From Lama glama (taxonomy: Eukaryota), in the NCBI GenBank assembly GCA_028534125.1, contig CM052817.1:30692001-30756000 (forward strand): a DNA stretch of 64,000 bases, in the 5' to 3' direction. Made by a program: the position numbers and the translations under genes. Of the stretch, positions 1 through 10,800 are shown piece by piece (the stretch's first letter is position 1; each line of letters begins with the position of its first letter). The notes beneath the pieces are model-generated. The model worked only from the letters and a program-made list of their open reading frames with translations. It searched no databases and was not told where the DNA came from.

Positions 1-427
1 CTCAGTGGATGTAAATACCGTGTGACTGAAATCAGCTATCCTGGTGGAAACAGACAGCAGGTGCCCTGTGCCACCTTTGTTCCTGAGCATTGAAGCTCCT
101 AGTCAGACATACTCCGTTTGGCAAACTGTTCAGGTTAAAATAACTGGGTAGTCCATTAGGGGATAGGCATGTTGACAGGAAGATTCATAATGTTAAGATA
201 AATCCAGGGAGGTAAATGAGAGAACTAGACAGAACACTTCCATACGTGAACTAAATTGAGATGTCCAGAGAAGGCCAAAGAAGAGCAGGGGAGGAAGGCA
301 GTGGAGGGGAGAGAGAGAGAGAAATTTGGGAGAAAGGTGAGTTTAGTGGGTGCAGTTAACTCTGATGAAAATCAGAGATGAAATTAGAATATAAGAACAA
401 TAAAAAAGGGAGAAGTAAGATGTCACG

Positions 428-895
428 CTGTTGCAAATGGGGTTCCCCTGAAAAAACGAGACAGAAATTTCTGTTTCCTGGGATGTATTAAAGAACAGCT
501 CCTGTCTGGGAGCGACGGCAGCAGCACTGGGCAAAGGGAGAGGTGAAATTTTGGTGAAGTTGAATTAAAATGTAGTTGCTACAGATGCATAATTAACCCC
601 AAGGAGAATTGTGGAGCTAGAATGACCCTTCAGAATGATTTGGAATTGAGGCTTATGGCTTGGGTCTTCATACCCCACCTCTAGCCACCCACTCCAACAT
701 CAACTAGCCGTATGATGTGGGCTGTCCCTGAGAAAGAGGTGTGACATGAAAGGGGACTTTCTCCAGCCAGGATATTCCTGGTGAGGATCTCAGCTGGCAT
801 ACATCAGCCACCACTCCTGGCAGCTGAAGGAAGGAGTGGCTCAGTCCTAGGAGGGATGTAAGATCTGGACTGGGCCTCACAGAATCTCTCTCACA
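428..895 (-). mobile_element. ERVL solo LTR, LTR16-like (LTR16C-like)
   Basis: The reverse strand reads TGTG...CCAGATC...AGGACTGAG.CACTC...CAGCTGCCAGGAGTG...GGGACAGCCCACATC...CTGAAGGGTCATTCTAGCTCC...GGGGAACCCC...CA, colinear with the recalled LTR16 consensus. Confidence 0.8.
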
Positions 896-1883
896 GCCCT
901 GGACTCAGAACACAGCTGAAAAGGCTGACCTGAAGTGAATTTCCCCCAGAAGCTCTGTGGAATGTAGTCTCTTTACTATTCACTGACATTTCATGTGCAT
1001 TGGTCTTGTCTCTTACCTAAACTCTAAACATTCTGAGTACCAGCTTCACATTCTACATCTTTTATGATCCCTCAATAATTCCTTTAGCAGAGCAATTGTC
1101 TCAATCTAAGATTAATAGAAAAACAAGCCCGTTGCCTGTGGTAATTGACACTGAAGTAACAAAACAAATTCTTTCCTCCATATTTTGGAGAAAATAAAAT
1201 TGACCTTTCAATTTTTTTTCCTGTCATATATGCATTTAAATGTCTCCAGAGTGAACTGGTTATGATACACTGTAACAGTTACAAGAAGTCCTATATCTTG
1301 AAAACTCAAAAGACAAGGCAGGGGAGTCTATGTCCTTCAGTGGAAAGAGTACTTGACCAGAGTCTGAAGACGGGCTTCTGTTTCTTGCTGGTCTGTTGCC
1401 TGCCACATCATCTTGAGAAAAGTCAGTTGAACCCTCTTTTTCCTTGTAATGATTAGGCATAATGTTGTCTGCTTTCCCTTCTTGAAGAGCAGTGGGTGTT
1501 GGACTGAAGGACTTGATCAATAGATAACGTCTGCCTGGTATGTTTGAGCTCTAAAAAACCATTCAAGAGGAGTTTCATTGTTATTATTATTATCAACTTA
1601 TGGATGCAATTTCTAAAATTAATTTCACACATTATAAATTGTATATAGTAATAAAAAGGTGATTTAGTTTTTTTTTTTAATCAGTAACTACAATGGAAGA
1701 AATTTACTTCATTTATAATGGTAGACCCTGAGTTGTTACACTGGCTTCTAGAATCCTCATTTTTGAAGTGGGAGGGTAGGGTTTAAGTAAGATGACCTCG
1801 AATATATGTTTGGTTTCTAAACTTCATAAACCTGCATCTTCCAAACCAACGTTCCCATCCATCAACCAAAGGAAATGAGACAT

Positions 1884-2240
1884 TTTAAAATATATTTTTA
1901 TTGAAGTATAGTCAGTTTACAGTGTTGTGTCAATTTCTGGTGTACAGCACAATACTTCAGTCATACAGGAACATACATATATTTGTTGTCATATTCTTTT
2001 TAGCCTTAAGTTAATGCAAGATATTGACTATAGTTCCCTGTGCTGTACAGTATGAACTTGTTGTTTATTGGATTTTGTGAGAATCCTCCTATATTTCAAA
2101 ATGAGAGACACTCTGTCAGAATTCAGTAGGTGTTCTGTGTGCTTCAGTGGGTTTGTAGTCGTAATTCTTGGTGTATTTCTGGGAGAGAGCGAGCTGTGAG
2201 TCTCTCTACGCCACCATCTTGGCTCAACCAAGACTAACTC
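1884..2240 (-). mobile_element. Bipartite mini-L1: L1 5' terminus joined to L1 3' terminus
   Basis: 1884-~2068 is a typical L1 3' end (TTTTATTGAAGTATAGTCAGTTTACA... on +). ~2069-2240 reads GAGTTAGTCTTGGTTGAGCCAAGATGGTGGCGTAG... on -, like an L1 5' end. Flanked by the exact direct repeat AGGAAATGAGACAT at 1870-1883 and 2241-2254. Confidence 0.8.
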
Positions 2241-5004
2241 AGGAAATGAGACATCGATACTTTTTGTGTTTATTTTAGCAAAGTGGTTTAATTGTTTGCA
2301 AGAAAAAGGGTAATATGGATGAATATATAGCATAAAATCTGGAACAGAGATGTTTTGGGAGAATTTCCAAATGCTCAGAGAAGAAAGCTTAACCTCAGAT
2401 AATTTCAGACTGCCAAACTAATGGGTTAGAATGAAATGTTCTCCATTAATGCAGTTATCCATCGAGCTGAGATTAAAGGAGCTCGGAAGTGAGCTTTTTA
2501 ATTACCTGTTTTGGTTTAGAAGGCACTCAAGTGGTAACCAAGCAGACACCATTTACATGGGCATGCACTTTGTCTAAATATTGTTGGGGTTGCTACTTAC
2601 ATCCTTCAAAGGGAATAACCTGTTTTTTTGTTGATCCTAAGTTAAATAGGTCCCCTCACACCCTATAGCAGAGGCAGAGATGTGGGGTGGAATGTGAGCT
2701 GTCTCGTGCTGGCAGACCTGGACAGTGTGGTTAGCAAACAGTTACCGTTTGCCACAAGTCAGGAAAATCATCAGCCAGAGATCAGGAGACTCTTGAGCAA
2801 AATTCTCTTTTAATTCCTGCTTTCTCTTATCTAAGCGTTGCCCTTCCCATCCTTCTGTGGAAACCTAGAGTTTTCATACTTTTTATACCTTGCTCTCTAT
2901 TAAGGAAAAAAATAAAAGCCTGCCTTCAAGATTGGGTATGAAACTCATTTACAACCATATTCAATCCATTGAGAAGGCTTATTCCACGAGTTTGCTTAAG
3001 GGCATTTGGCACTGCCAAAATGCAAAGGCTGAAGTCCAAGAATGGGTTTTTAATAGTGAAATTTTTAATATTGGTGAAACCTAGGCCAAGGAATTCAAAT
3101 CATTGATGAACATGTATTGAGTACATTCCAGGTGAATGACATGGATTATACTCTGTTAATACACCTAGATCCCAGCCCTTATTCTATCCATGAGCTAGTC
3201 TGGGAAACAATGGTGGCATCCTTTCTATTTCACTTAATTCCCACCCTTACTGAAAAACAAAATTTAAATTGATTAGAAACAAAGCCATAGAACCCTAGGA
3301 AGAACCACTCTTTCAGAGGTCTTCAAATCTATTTCCTTTTTCTTTGGTGAAGAAAATTTAAAATCAAATTGTGTTCTTTTGGGAAGCCACCCTCTCTAAC
3401 TCAGCTTAGAAAGCATTTCTTCAAAGTCAGTTTTTTTGCCTCACTGGAGGTCAGTTGGTCTAAGAGATACTGTATTTCCCAACCGTTCACACCTGGGTTT
3501 GTGCAAGGACTCCTGAGACCCTAACATTTCAGGAGATTGGGTGAGGTAGGGTGGAGTCTCTGGTCACATATGAAGATAGACATGCTAGCCAATTCCTTCT
3601 TCACTTTTCTCATCCAAGTCAAACATGGGTGAGAAAGAAAACCAGAGGAACATACATACAAAATGGACAAAGTGGCCAGAAGACTCAAGCCTGGGTATAA
3701 ATTGATAGAAAGGGAGGTTGCTGCTTAAAATAATTCACAAAAGGGCTGAAAGAAAAGAAAAGGATTTGAACTGGGATCCTGATGTGGTCTTTACCAGCTC
3801 TGAACTGACTGAAATAAATGAGGGAAAGGAGAAAGAGGAAGAGAGAGAGAGAGAGAGAAATGGCTTATAAGACCATAAGGCATGGTCCAAAACATAGTTC
3901 TTTGTTCTACTTTTGTATCATCAATCACAATAAGAAAGAGACAAAATGAACTGAAGAAGCTAGCTCTCCCTCACTGTATCTCTGATGAGCCTTCAGTCTG
4001 GTCAGAAAGGACATGATTTTTTTTCATGATTCTGGCACAAAAATTTTTCTATTCAATAGCAGACATTTGTGAGTTTTTTTATACCATGCAATCCATTGAC
4101 TTATTATTAAGATGATGAATATTATCATTTAAAAGAATTCCTCCAGAGTGTTGAGGTTAGATACAAAACAAGGGATTAAATATGAAAATCTCACATAAAT
4201 TTGGAAGCCATCGAAAAGAACCTGGATAGGATAATTTGAGAATATTGAATGCTTAGACTAAGGGTGAGTTTCTTTGCATTGTAATACAATTGAATTTTTC
4301 CTGAGAAAATAGCATATACAGTGCACATGAAGGGAACTGAAGTCCAATCAACATAAACTTGGTTTTGAAATCTGTCATCATCTTCCACACCCATCCTGGC
4401 TAAATACATCATAACGAACTTTCCAGAATCAATCTACATTTTCTTCTCCTCTGTTTTAATGAGCAGTGAGTCTGAGACCACTCTTGAGAAGAGTGTGTAC
4501 ACTTTGTGCAGATAAGGACAGCAGCTTGGCCATGGCCTAACCCAGGAAGGGCCGGTCACTGACCGATTGTCACGCTTACTGAAGCTATGCGTGGCTTTTG
4601 CACAAGAGCACCGCCTACTGGAGATTTTATACAGAGTCTCAAGGACAGAAGTATGTATGGTGAAGTAGGTTCCTGTTAGGGAGTGACTAGCTAGGGTGGG
4701 ACAGTGACAAAATAGAGATAAAGGGCAAAAAATGTGAGCAAGAGACAGGAATCTGGGGACCACACAATGCACAGCACAGGTGTCCCGATGAGAACAGGCA
4801 ATAGTAAAAACCACCCCCTGAAAAAGCTACACAGAGCTGTGGGCTGGTGGTTCATTTAGGACATGGTTTTATATAGCCTGTGAGGTTAAAGAAGGCCAAG
4901 GATTCCTGAGACAGGAGACCCTGATGGTACCCAGAGTTTCCATTTAGAGAACAAGGCATTCATTTCTGTGCAGAAGGGTCCATCATCACTCAGGGAGCTC
5001 TTAT

Positions 5005-5235
5005 TAATCACTGACCTGTACACAGAGGAAGGTCATTGAACAAGTAAGCACATGAGAATCTATTGGGAGAAAGTCTGTATGGTTTCTATAAGAGGAAATC
5101 CTGCCTGACTAAACAACCTGAATTCTCTCAGGCATAAATCAGTCTTTTGAAAAATAAATAAATGCCTTGTTGACAAGGAACTACCAGTAGAAATAATTTA
5201 ATTAGACATGTAGAAAGCCTTTGACGAGATAGACC
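5005..5235 (+). mobile_element. Ancient CR1/L3 LINE reverse-transcriptase fragment
   Basis: 5078-5125 translates to YGFYKRKSCLTKQPEF and 5166-5231 to LVDKELPVEII*LDM*KAFDEI, matching the CR1 RT motifs HGFxKGKSCLTNLLEF and VDxGxPVDxxYLDFxKAFDxV. Confidence 0.8.
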
Positions 5236-6334
5236 TCGTGAGATATGTCACCTGAGGGACTTTCGAAACATTGGGTATTCATGCGTCCATGATGGGAGAT
5301 GGTTCCCATGTCCAGTAGAAGGTTGGATTATCTAGAAATGCTCAAAGCATGCCCCTTGGACTTTCACAGATGGCCCCTGAGGGTCAGGCATGGCCAAGGA
5401 AACTAATGGTGGATGTTTCTTCAACAGGACAGTTCCATACTTATTTTACAGGTTGCAGTTTCTACTAAACTTTCATTCCAATGGCTCGAGAACAACTCTA
5501 TTAGGTTGCCTTTAAAATCCTTTTGACTTTTATGAAGGATCTGTAATTGTCATTTTTATCCACCCCAAGAATGTACATTTTTATTCACAAAAGAACTTGG
5601 ATAATTTTTTTGGAAGAGAAAACTGGATTTAAAGCAGAAAACAAGGCATAGTGATGAATGGCACATTTTCTAGTTAGAAAGTAAATGATGGTGCCAACTA
5701 AAGACCAACACTGAGGTCCATCTTTCTAATTGATTAATTAATTAACTTACATTCAGAGAGAAGTTTGTAATAGTCAGTTTTGCAGCTGAGTTAAATTTGT
5801 CTTGGAGAAAAGTGTCAATTCAGTTGGCACAAAAAACACTTTAATATTTATGCCACACAAAATATCGAGCAAGAGTGCTAGCAGCTAATTTGGTCTTAGA
5901 GGAGGCTCCCCACACTGTGGAAGATTTAGGTCTACTCCAAACAGGAATCACTTCCTAGTCCTTCCACAGTCCAGTCTTATTCACCGGTGGCTGCCTAGGG
6001 TGAGAAAACATACTCTCCACCCCTGGCTTTGCTTTGTTGTATGTGACATCCTGTGGTAAGACTTAGTCTTTTGACTTCTCCATTTTGTATGACAAGCTCA
6101 TAGACATTGTTTCTCTTAGTGTAGTTTCCTGGTGTCTTAGCCCTAAAAGCTATTTAATAGCAGGGACCTTTGTGTAGTTCTGAAGATATTTTCTCAGTGC
6201 ACCATAAAAACCTAAGAAAAAAAAAGAAATGTCATGCTAATAATATCTATAAAACACCGAGCCCAGTGATCGCTCTCTGATAGCCACAGATGAGCTGTGG
6301 AAACCCAAGTAATCCCTCTAAAATATCCATTTTA

Positions 6335-6660
6335 GATATTATATCCAATTTTATGACTTTAAATATAAGCATGCAGGTGACTTCCAAATATGTAGCTCTA
6401 GCCCTAACCCATCCATCATAGATTCAGTCCTTTATTCAACTGCCTGCTTGTCATTCCTAATTGTAAAAACAACCGATTCTCAAATGTGGTTTTCCAAAAA
6501 TCAACTTATAACCTTTTTGTCCAAATTAGCATTTCGAGTGTTCTCCATTTCTGCTAACGGCACTATGCAAGCACCAAAGTACGTAGTCATTATTGACACC
6601 TCACATAAGTTTTTTTTCCCAACTATCTTCTGCTATCTTCAAATAAATACACTGACAACT
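6335..6660 (+). mobile_element. L2 LINE fragment
   Basis: ATGACTTTAAATATAAGCATGCAGGTGACTTCCAAATATGTAGCTCTAGCCC...TATTCAACTGCCTGCTTG resembles the L2 RT (YADD) and downstream region. Confidence 0.7.
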
Positions 6661-9600
6661 CTCTGAGGTCAACCCCTTAGGAAATGGTTCACAAACTCCA
6701 TGCTCTATAATTCATGGATTTTTGTTTGCCAGAACAGTCTTTAAGAAATAAATATGACCTCCAATGGTAAACATATATTCTACATAGGTGACAATCTGTA
6801 AACTAAATGCAACATCACCCAGAAAGTAAGGGAACTGGAGTATAAATACAGACCCACCAGACTGTGAATGTAAGACCACCCTTGAGGTCATCATCATGTG
6901 CTGAATCTCAAAGCACATAAACTGTTGTTTTGCCTTCCATAATTGGAAGGAGAAAAACACCCATAGAAATATCTCAGCTTCCAGGGATTTGCCTCAAAAC
7001 TATAGAATTAAGTCAACCCTTTGAACATTTTTGCATTTACATTGGTGAAGATTATTTGTTTTTCCCTCAGTGGCATTAATGTCCATATGTCATTTTCAGT
7101 TATAGTAAATACAAGGAAAGACTTACAGAGTTTGCAGTTTGGTAGAGAGGATTTCTTCTTTTGATTTTTATGTCTCTCCTGAAGCTAGGGGCATGCTTGT
7201 TACCCCTCAGAATTTCCCACCTTAACATTCATATCTAAAGGGGACAGATTGCCCAGCTGGTCTTAGTGGATTCAGCAGCTTCAATTAATTTCCAATATGG
7301 AAATACCTTAAAATGAGTCATGTAAGTCACACAAGAAAGGTGACACTTGAAAGTGTTGGCCCTCACCATTTCCCCATTTGTTCTTCATTACATTATTCGT
7401 AGTTGGTTGGATAAATCATACTATTATTCATCTTAAGCATTTTGCTGTTAAAAATAAGTGTCCAATTCCAGGATTTTATGGTTTCAATTGAAGAATTAAT
7501 GTCCCATGGTGAATCTACAATAAACATATTTAATCTTTCTCCCTTCATTATGAAACACAAGATTACAAAAAAATAGCTATCAAATCCATTTGTTCAAAAA
7601 TATTTCGCTGGCAATATAATAATGCTTCATAGGTGCCTGCTTTTCAAAAGGCTTTGACATGTGATTTGAATTTCCCTTTGGGTTGGAAATCTGTACATCT
7701 GTAATCAAACTGTCAGCTCTCCCAGGGTAAAACTCAATTCTGAAAAAAAAAAAAAGACTTTTTCCTTTTTCTTCCCCTGTCCCATTTATTCTAAGGAAAC
7801 TAACAAAGATGAACTACATGTATAATGCTTTTTAAAATTGGATTATTGGTGTCTTCCATGAAAATAATTCAGTCAAAGGTTTAAGGAGTCATGTAAGCAA
7901 AATAAAGAGTTGACTAATATTGTTACTTTTTGTTTGCTACACTCAGACAGTGAGAGAACAGGGAACAGGATGGGATTCTGAGGCAGCTGGGCTTTCTTAG
8001 TTGATCCTACCAAGAAAATCACTTACTTTTCTGCTCCTAGCTGGGTGGATTATCTGCAGTTATTCAGAATTTTGAAGAATAAGCTGAACTAAAAGAAGTG
8101 AGTCATGTCTTGAGGAAGGCAAAGTCCAAAATGCATTCTCCTCATTCGTGCAGGAGCTATGTAGCAAGCATTTAACTCAATGCAGGAAACTGTCTCATCT
8201 TGAGAGAGATTCCTCAGGGAGGTGGTCATCTTAGAATCCCATTTCTCAGCACGTGGCCTCTCCCCCAAATGCTCACCACGCTGCGACTACATTGCACATA
8301 CTTTCTTTGGATTCGTTTTGTAGTGTGTGCTGTTTATCCTCAGTGGAACTGGTCCCCGGAGACTCATTTCAGCGTAGGCCTCTCAACTCTCAAATGGTAA
8401 TATCCATTCTTATTTTTCGTTCCTACATTGAATTCCACATTCTGTAATAGTGACAGATATGATGCTGCCAAGAGAGATCAGAGTCATATTTATCTTCTCC
8501 TTGGAGACCTTATTGCATTATTTAGTATGATGAGGTCTTCTCATTTGTGCTGCTTTGCACCTTATTGGGTCTCAAAGTCCTGGCGGGTCCACTCCAATCT
8601 GATGTGACGCTGCTGATAGCATTTGAACTGCATCACATTAAGGGGCACTTGTAAGCCATTTATACAAAATTCCACTAAGAACAGAGCAAAAACCAGACAG
8701 GGTCATTTTCTCAAAAGGATTTTTCCAGTCCTGAGCTATTCCCATCAGATTTCCAGTGACTCCTTCAGGTCAAGCTTGAAGCAATGTCTTTTTTTGACAA
8801 GCCAGAGATTAATTTATTGCTTGGTGTTTTTGCTGACACAATGGAAACCTGTTTCCACCAGAAAAATACTATGCTTTTCTTTGGAAATGTGGCTTACCTA
8901 GAATGTTCTTTGACAGTATGTATATTTTAAATGCCAATTTGTGACAGCTCAGTGAAACAGATGAGGCAATTTATTTTAAATTATTTATGTGACAGGACTT
9001 GATTTAAATATTTAAGTATACCCCAGGAAGATTACAACATTTTAACCCGTCTTCCCCTAAAGCAGTGTTTTCTAACTCTTTCCATGACATTCAGGAGATT
9101 TCCTTATTATCCTTCTAATTCTGATAGAAATTGGGTATGGAAAAAATACTCTCTGGAAGTCAGGAGACTTGGTGTTCTCATAGTAAGCAGTAAGTCCCGG
9201 AGCTATCTCTTCAGCTCTTTCTGTCTTGGTCTCCTCACCTACTGGTTATCTTACACAGTCCACATCATCAGATACCAATGGTAGGACACTGATGACTGGA
9301 ATTTCTGAAACCAATATCTCCAATGAATGTGAAGAGAATGTTTCAAATTCTATACACACCAAATCTTGAGTTTACTTCAAACTTCTTCTTCCCTCAGAGT
9401 TTTCGATTTCAAAACACTTCAAAAAGTTCAAAAACACTTCTAAGATATGGCACCACCATTGGCTCAGTCACCTGGGCTAAAAATCTTGGAGTCACGGACG
9501 ACTCTATCATACTTCACAGCCAACCCATCAACAAATTCTGTCAGTTAGACCCTGAAATATATCCCAGATTTGATCACCTTACCACATTCCTGACTACCAC

Positions 9601-9733
9601 CCATATCCAAGCCCTATCATCTCCTTTCTGAAACAGTGCAAAGCCCCCTAACTGATCTCCCAGCTTCCAGTCTTGCTGCCCTCAAATCCATTCTCAATAC
9701 AGAAGCCAGAGGACTGTTTCCAAAATACTTCTC

Positions 9734-10066
9734 GATTATTTAAAATATTTTTATTGAATGAAAGATTCTTTAAATTCTATAGTGCTTCACAGTTTTCAAA
9801 AGTTTCACACACATGATTTCATATAATCCCATAATAACTCTTTTTCTCCCTACCCCTTTGTGCCCCCCTTCCTCTTCCCACTGGTATCCCCTAGTTTGTT
9901 CTCTATTGCTGTGAGTCTGCTTCTTTTTTGTTTTAGTATAAAAAAGAATGAAATTTTGCCATTTGCAGCAACATCATGGACTTGGAGAGCATTATACGAA
10001 GTGAAGTCAGTCAGACAGAGAAAGGCAAATACTGTGTATAACTTACATGTGGAATCTTAAAAAAAA
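9734..10066 (-). mobile_element. 5'-truncated, 5'-inverted L1 (twin-priming structure)
   Basis: 9745-9935 is L1 3'UTR/tail on -. 9937-10066 is the adjacent upstream ORF2-end sequence on + (AAGAATGAAATTTTGCCATTTGCAGCAACA...TGTGGAATCTTAAAA). Putative TSD AAAA(T/C)ACTTCTC at 9722-9733 and 10067-10078. Confidence 0.8.
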
Positions 10067-10267
10067 AAAACACTTCTCTACTTAAAACCCTCTGATGGTT
10101 TCCTCTCTTACTTAGACGAAAACGCGGAGACCTCATACTAGTTTCTAAGGCTCTAAGGAATCTCTCTGGCAACCTCTCTCATCTCTCATCTTTCTCCCTT
10201 ACTCACCTTTCTCGAGCCCTGCTGACCTCCACCCATGCAGGTGCTGAACATGCCAGGCACCTTCCCC

Positions 10268-10800
10268 AGTCAGGGGATGTAAGCCTGACACGTACAATTT
10301 GGGGGGATGCTTTTTAGGAAAGAGAACACAAAAATTGGATGTAAATGTGAATACGTGGATTAAAAAACAAACCTCTGTAATTTACAAATTTCGATAAACT
10401 GACAAACAGCCTAATGGTATTTTTCATTCAGGAACTGACTGCTATGCCTCAGTATGAAGAAGGTACGCTTGAATCCTTCTAGGGAGAAGCCGGCAGTAGC
10501 TAAAATAAAAAGCAACTGCAGCCCACCTAAATCCACTAAAACCAAACAGAGTAAGTCTCTTCCTGATCCTAACAATGCCACTGGCTACTCCAACACTACC
10601 TGACAGGCAGGAGGGAAGTGTGATGAAAGGAAGAGTAAGAGTGGAGAGAGGCAGCAGACATAACCAACTGTGGTTAACATCCTGCCTTGTGCAAATCTCT
10701 TAAGGAATGTATGACCCTGTGGACCAAGACCCATCCCAGGGGTTTTAAATAAGTGGTCTTAAAGCTTCAGCTCATTAAATTGAAGGTGAGACTGCCTCTG
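10268..10800 (+). mobile_element. hAT-Tip100 family DNA transposon remnant (MER115/Zaphod-like)
   Basis: Starts ...GCCTGACACGTACAATTTGGGGGGATGCTTTTTAGGAAAGAGAACACAAAA and ends AAGCTTCAGCTCATTAA...CTGCCTCTG, resembling recalled Tip100-type termini. It interrupts the L2. Confidence 0.6.

Noticed and set aside
4191..4412. 73-aa minus-strand ORF with protein-like start (MMYLARMGVEDDDRF...)
   Set aside because: No convincing flanking splice sites, no recognised homologue, and the length is within chance expectation.
4604..4622. CTCF-like motif (CCAGTAGGCGGTGC on -)
   Set aside because: Mismatches at two core positions, too weak without binding data.
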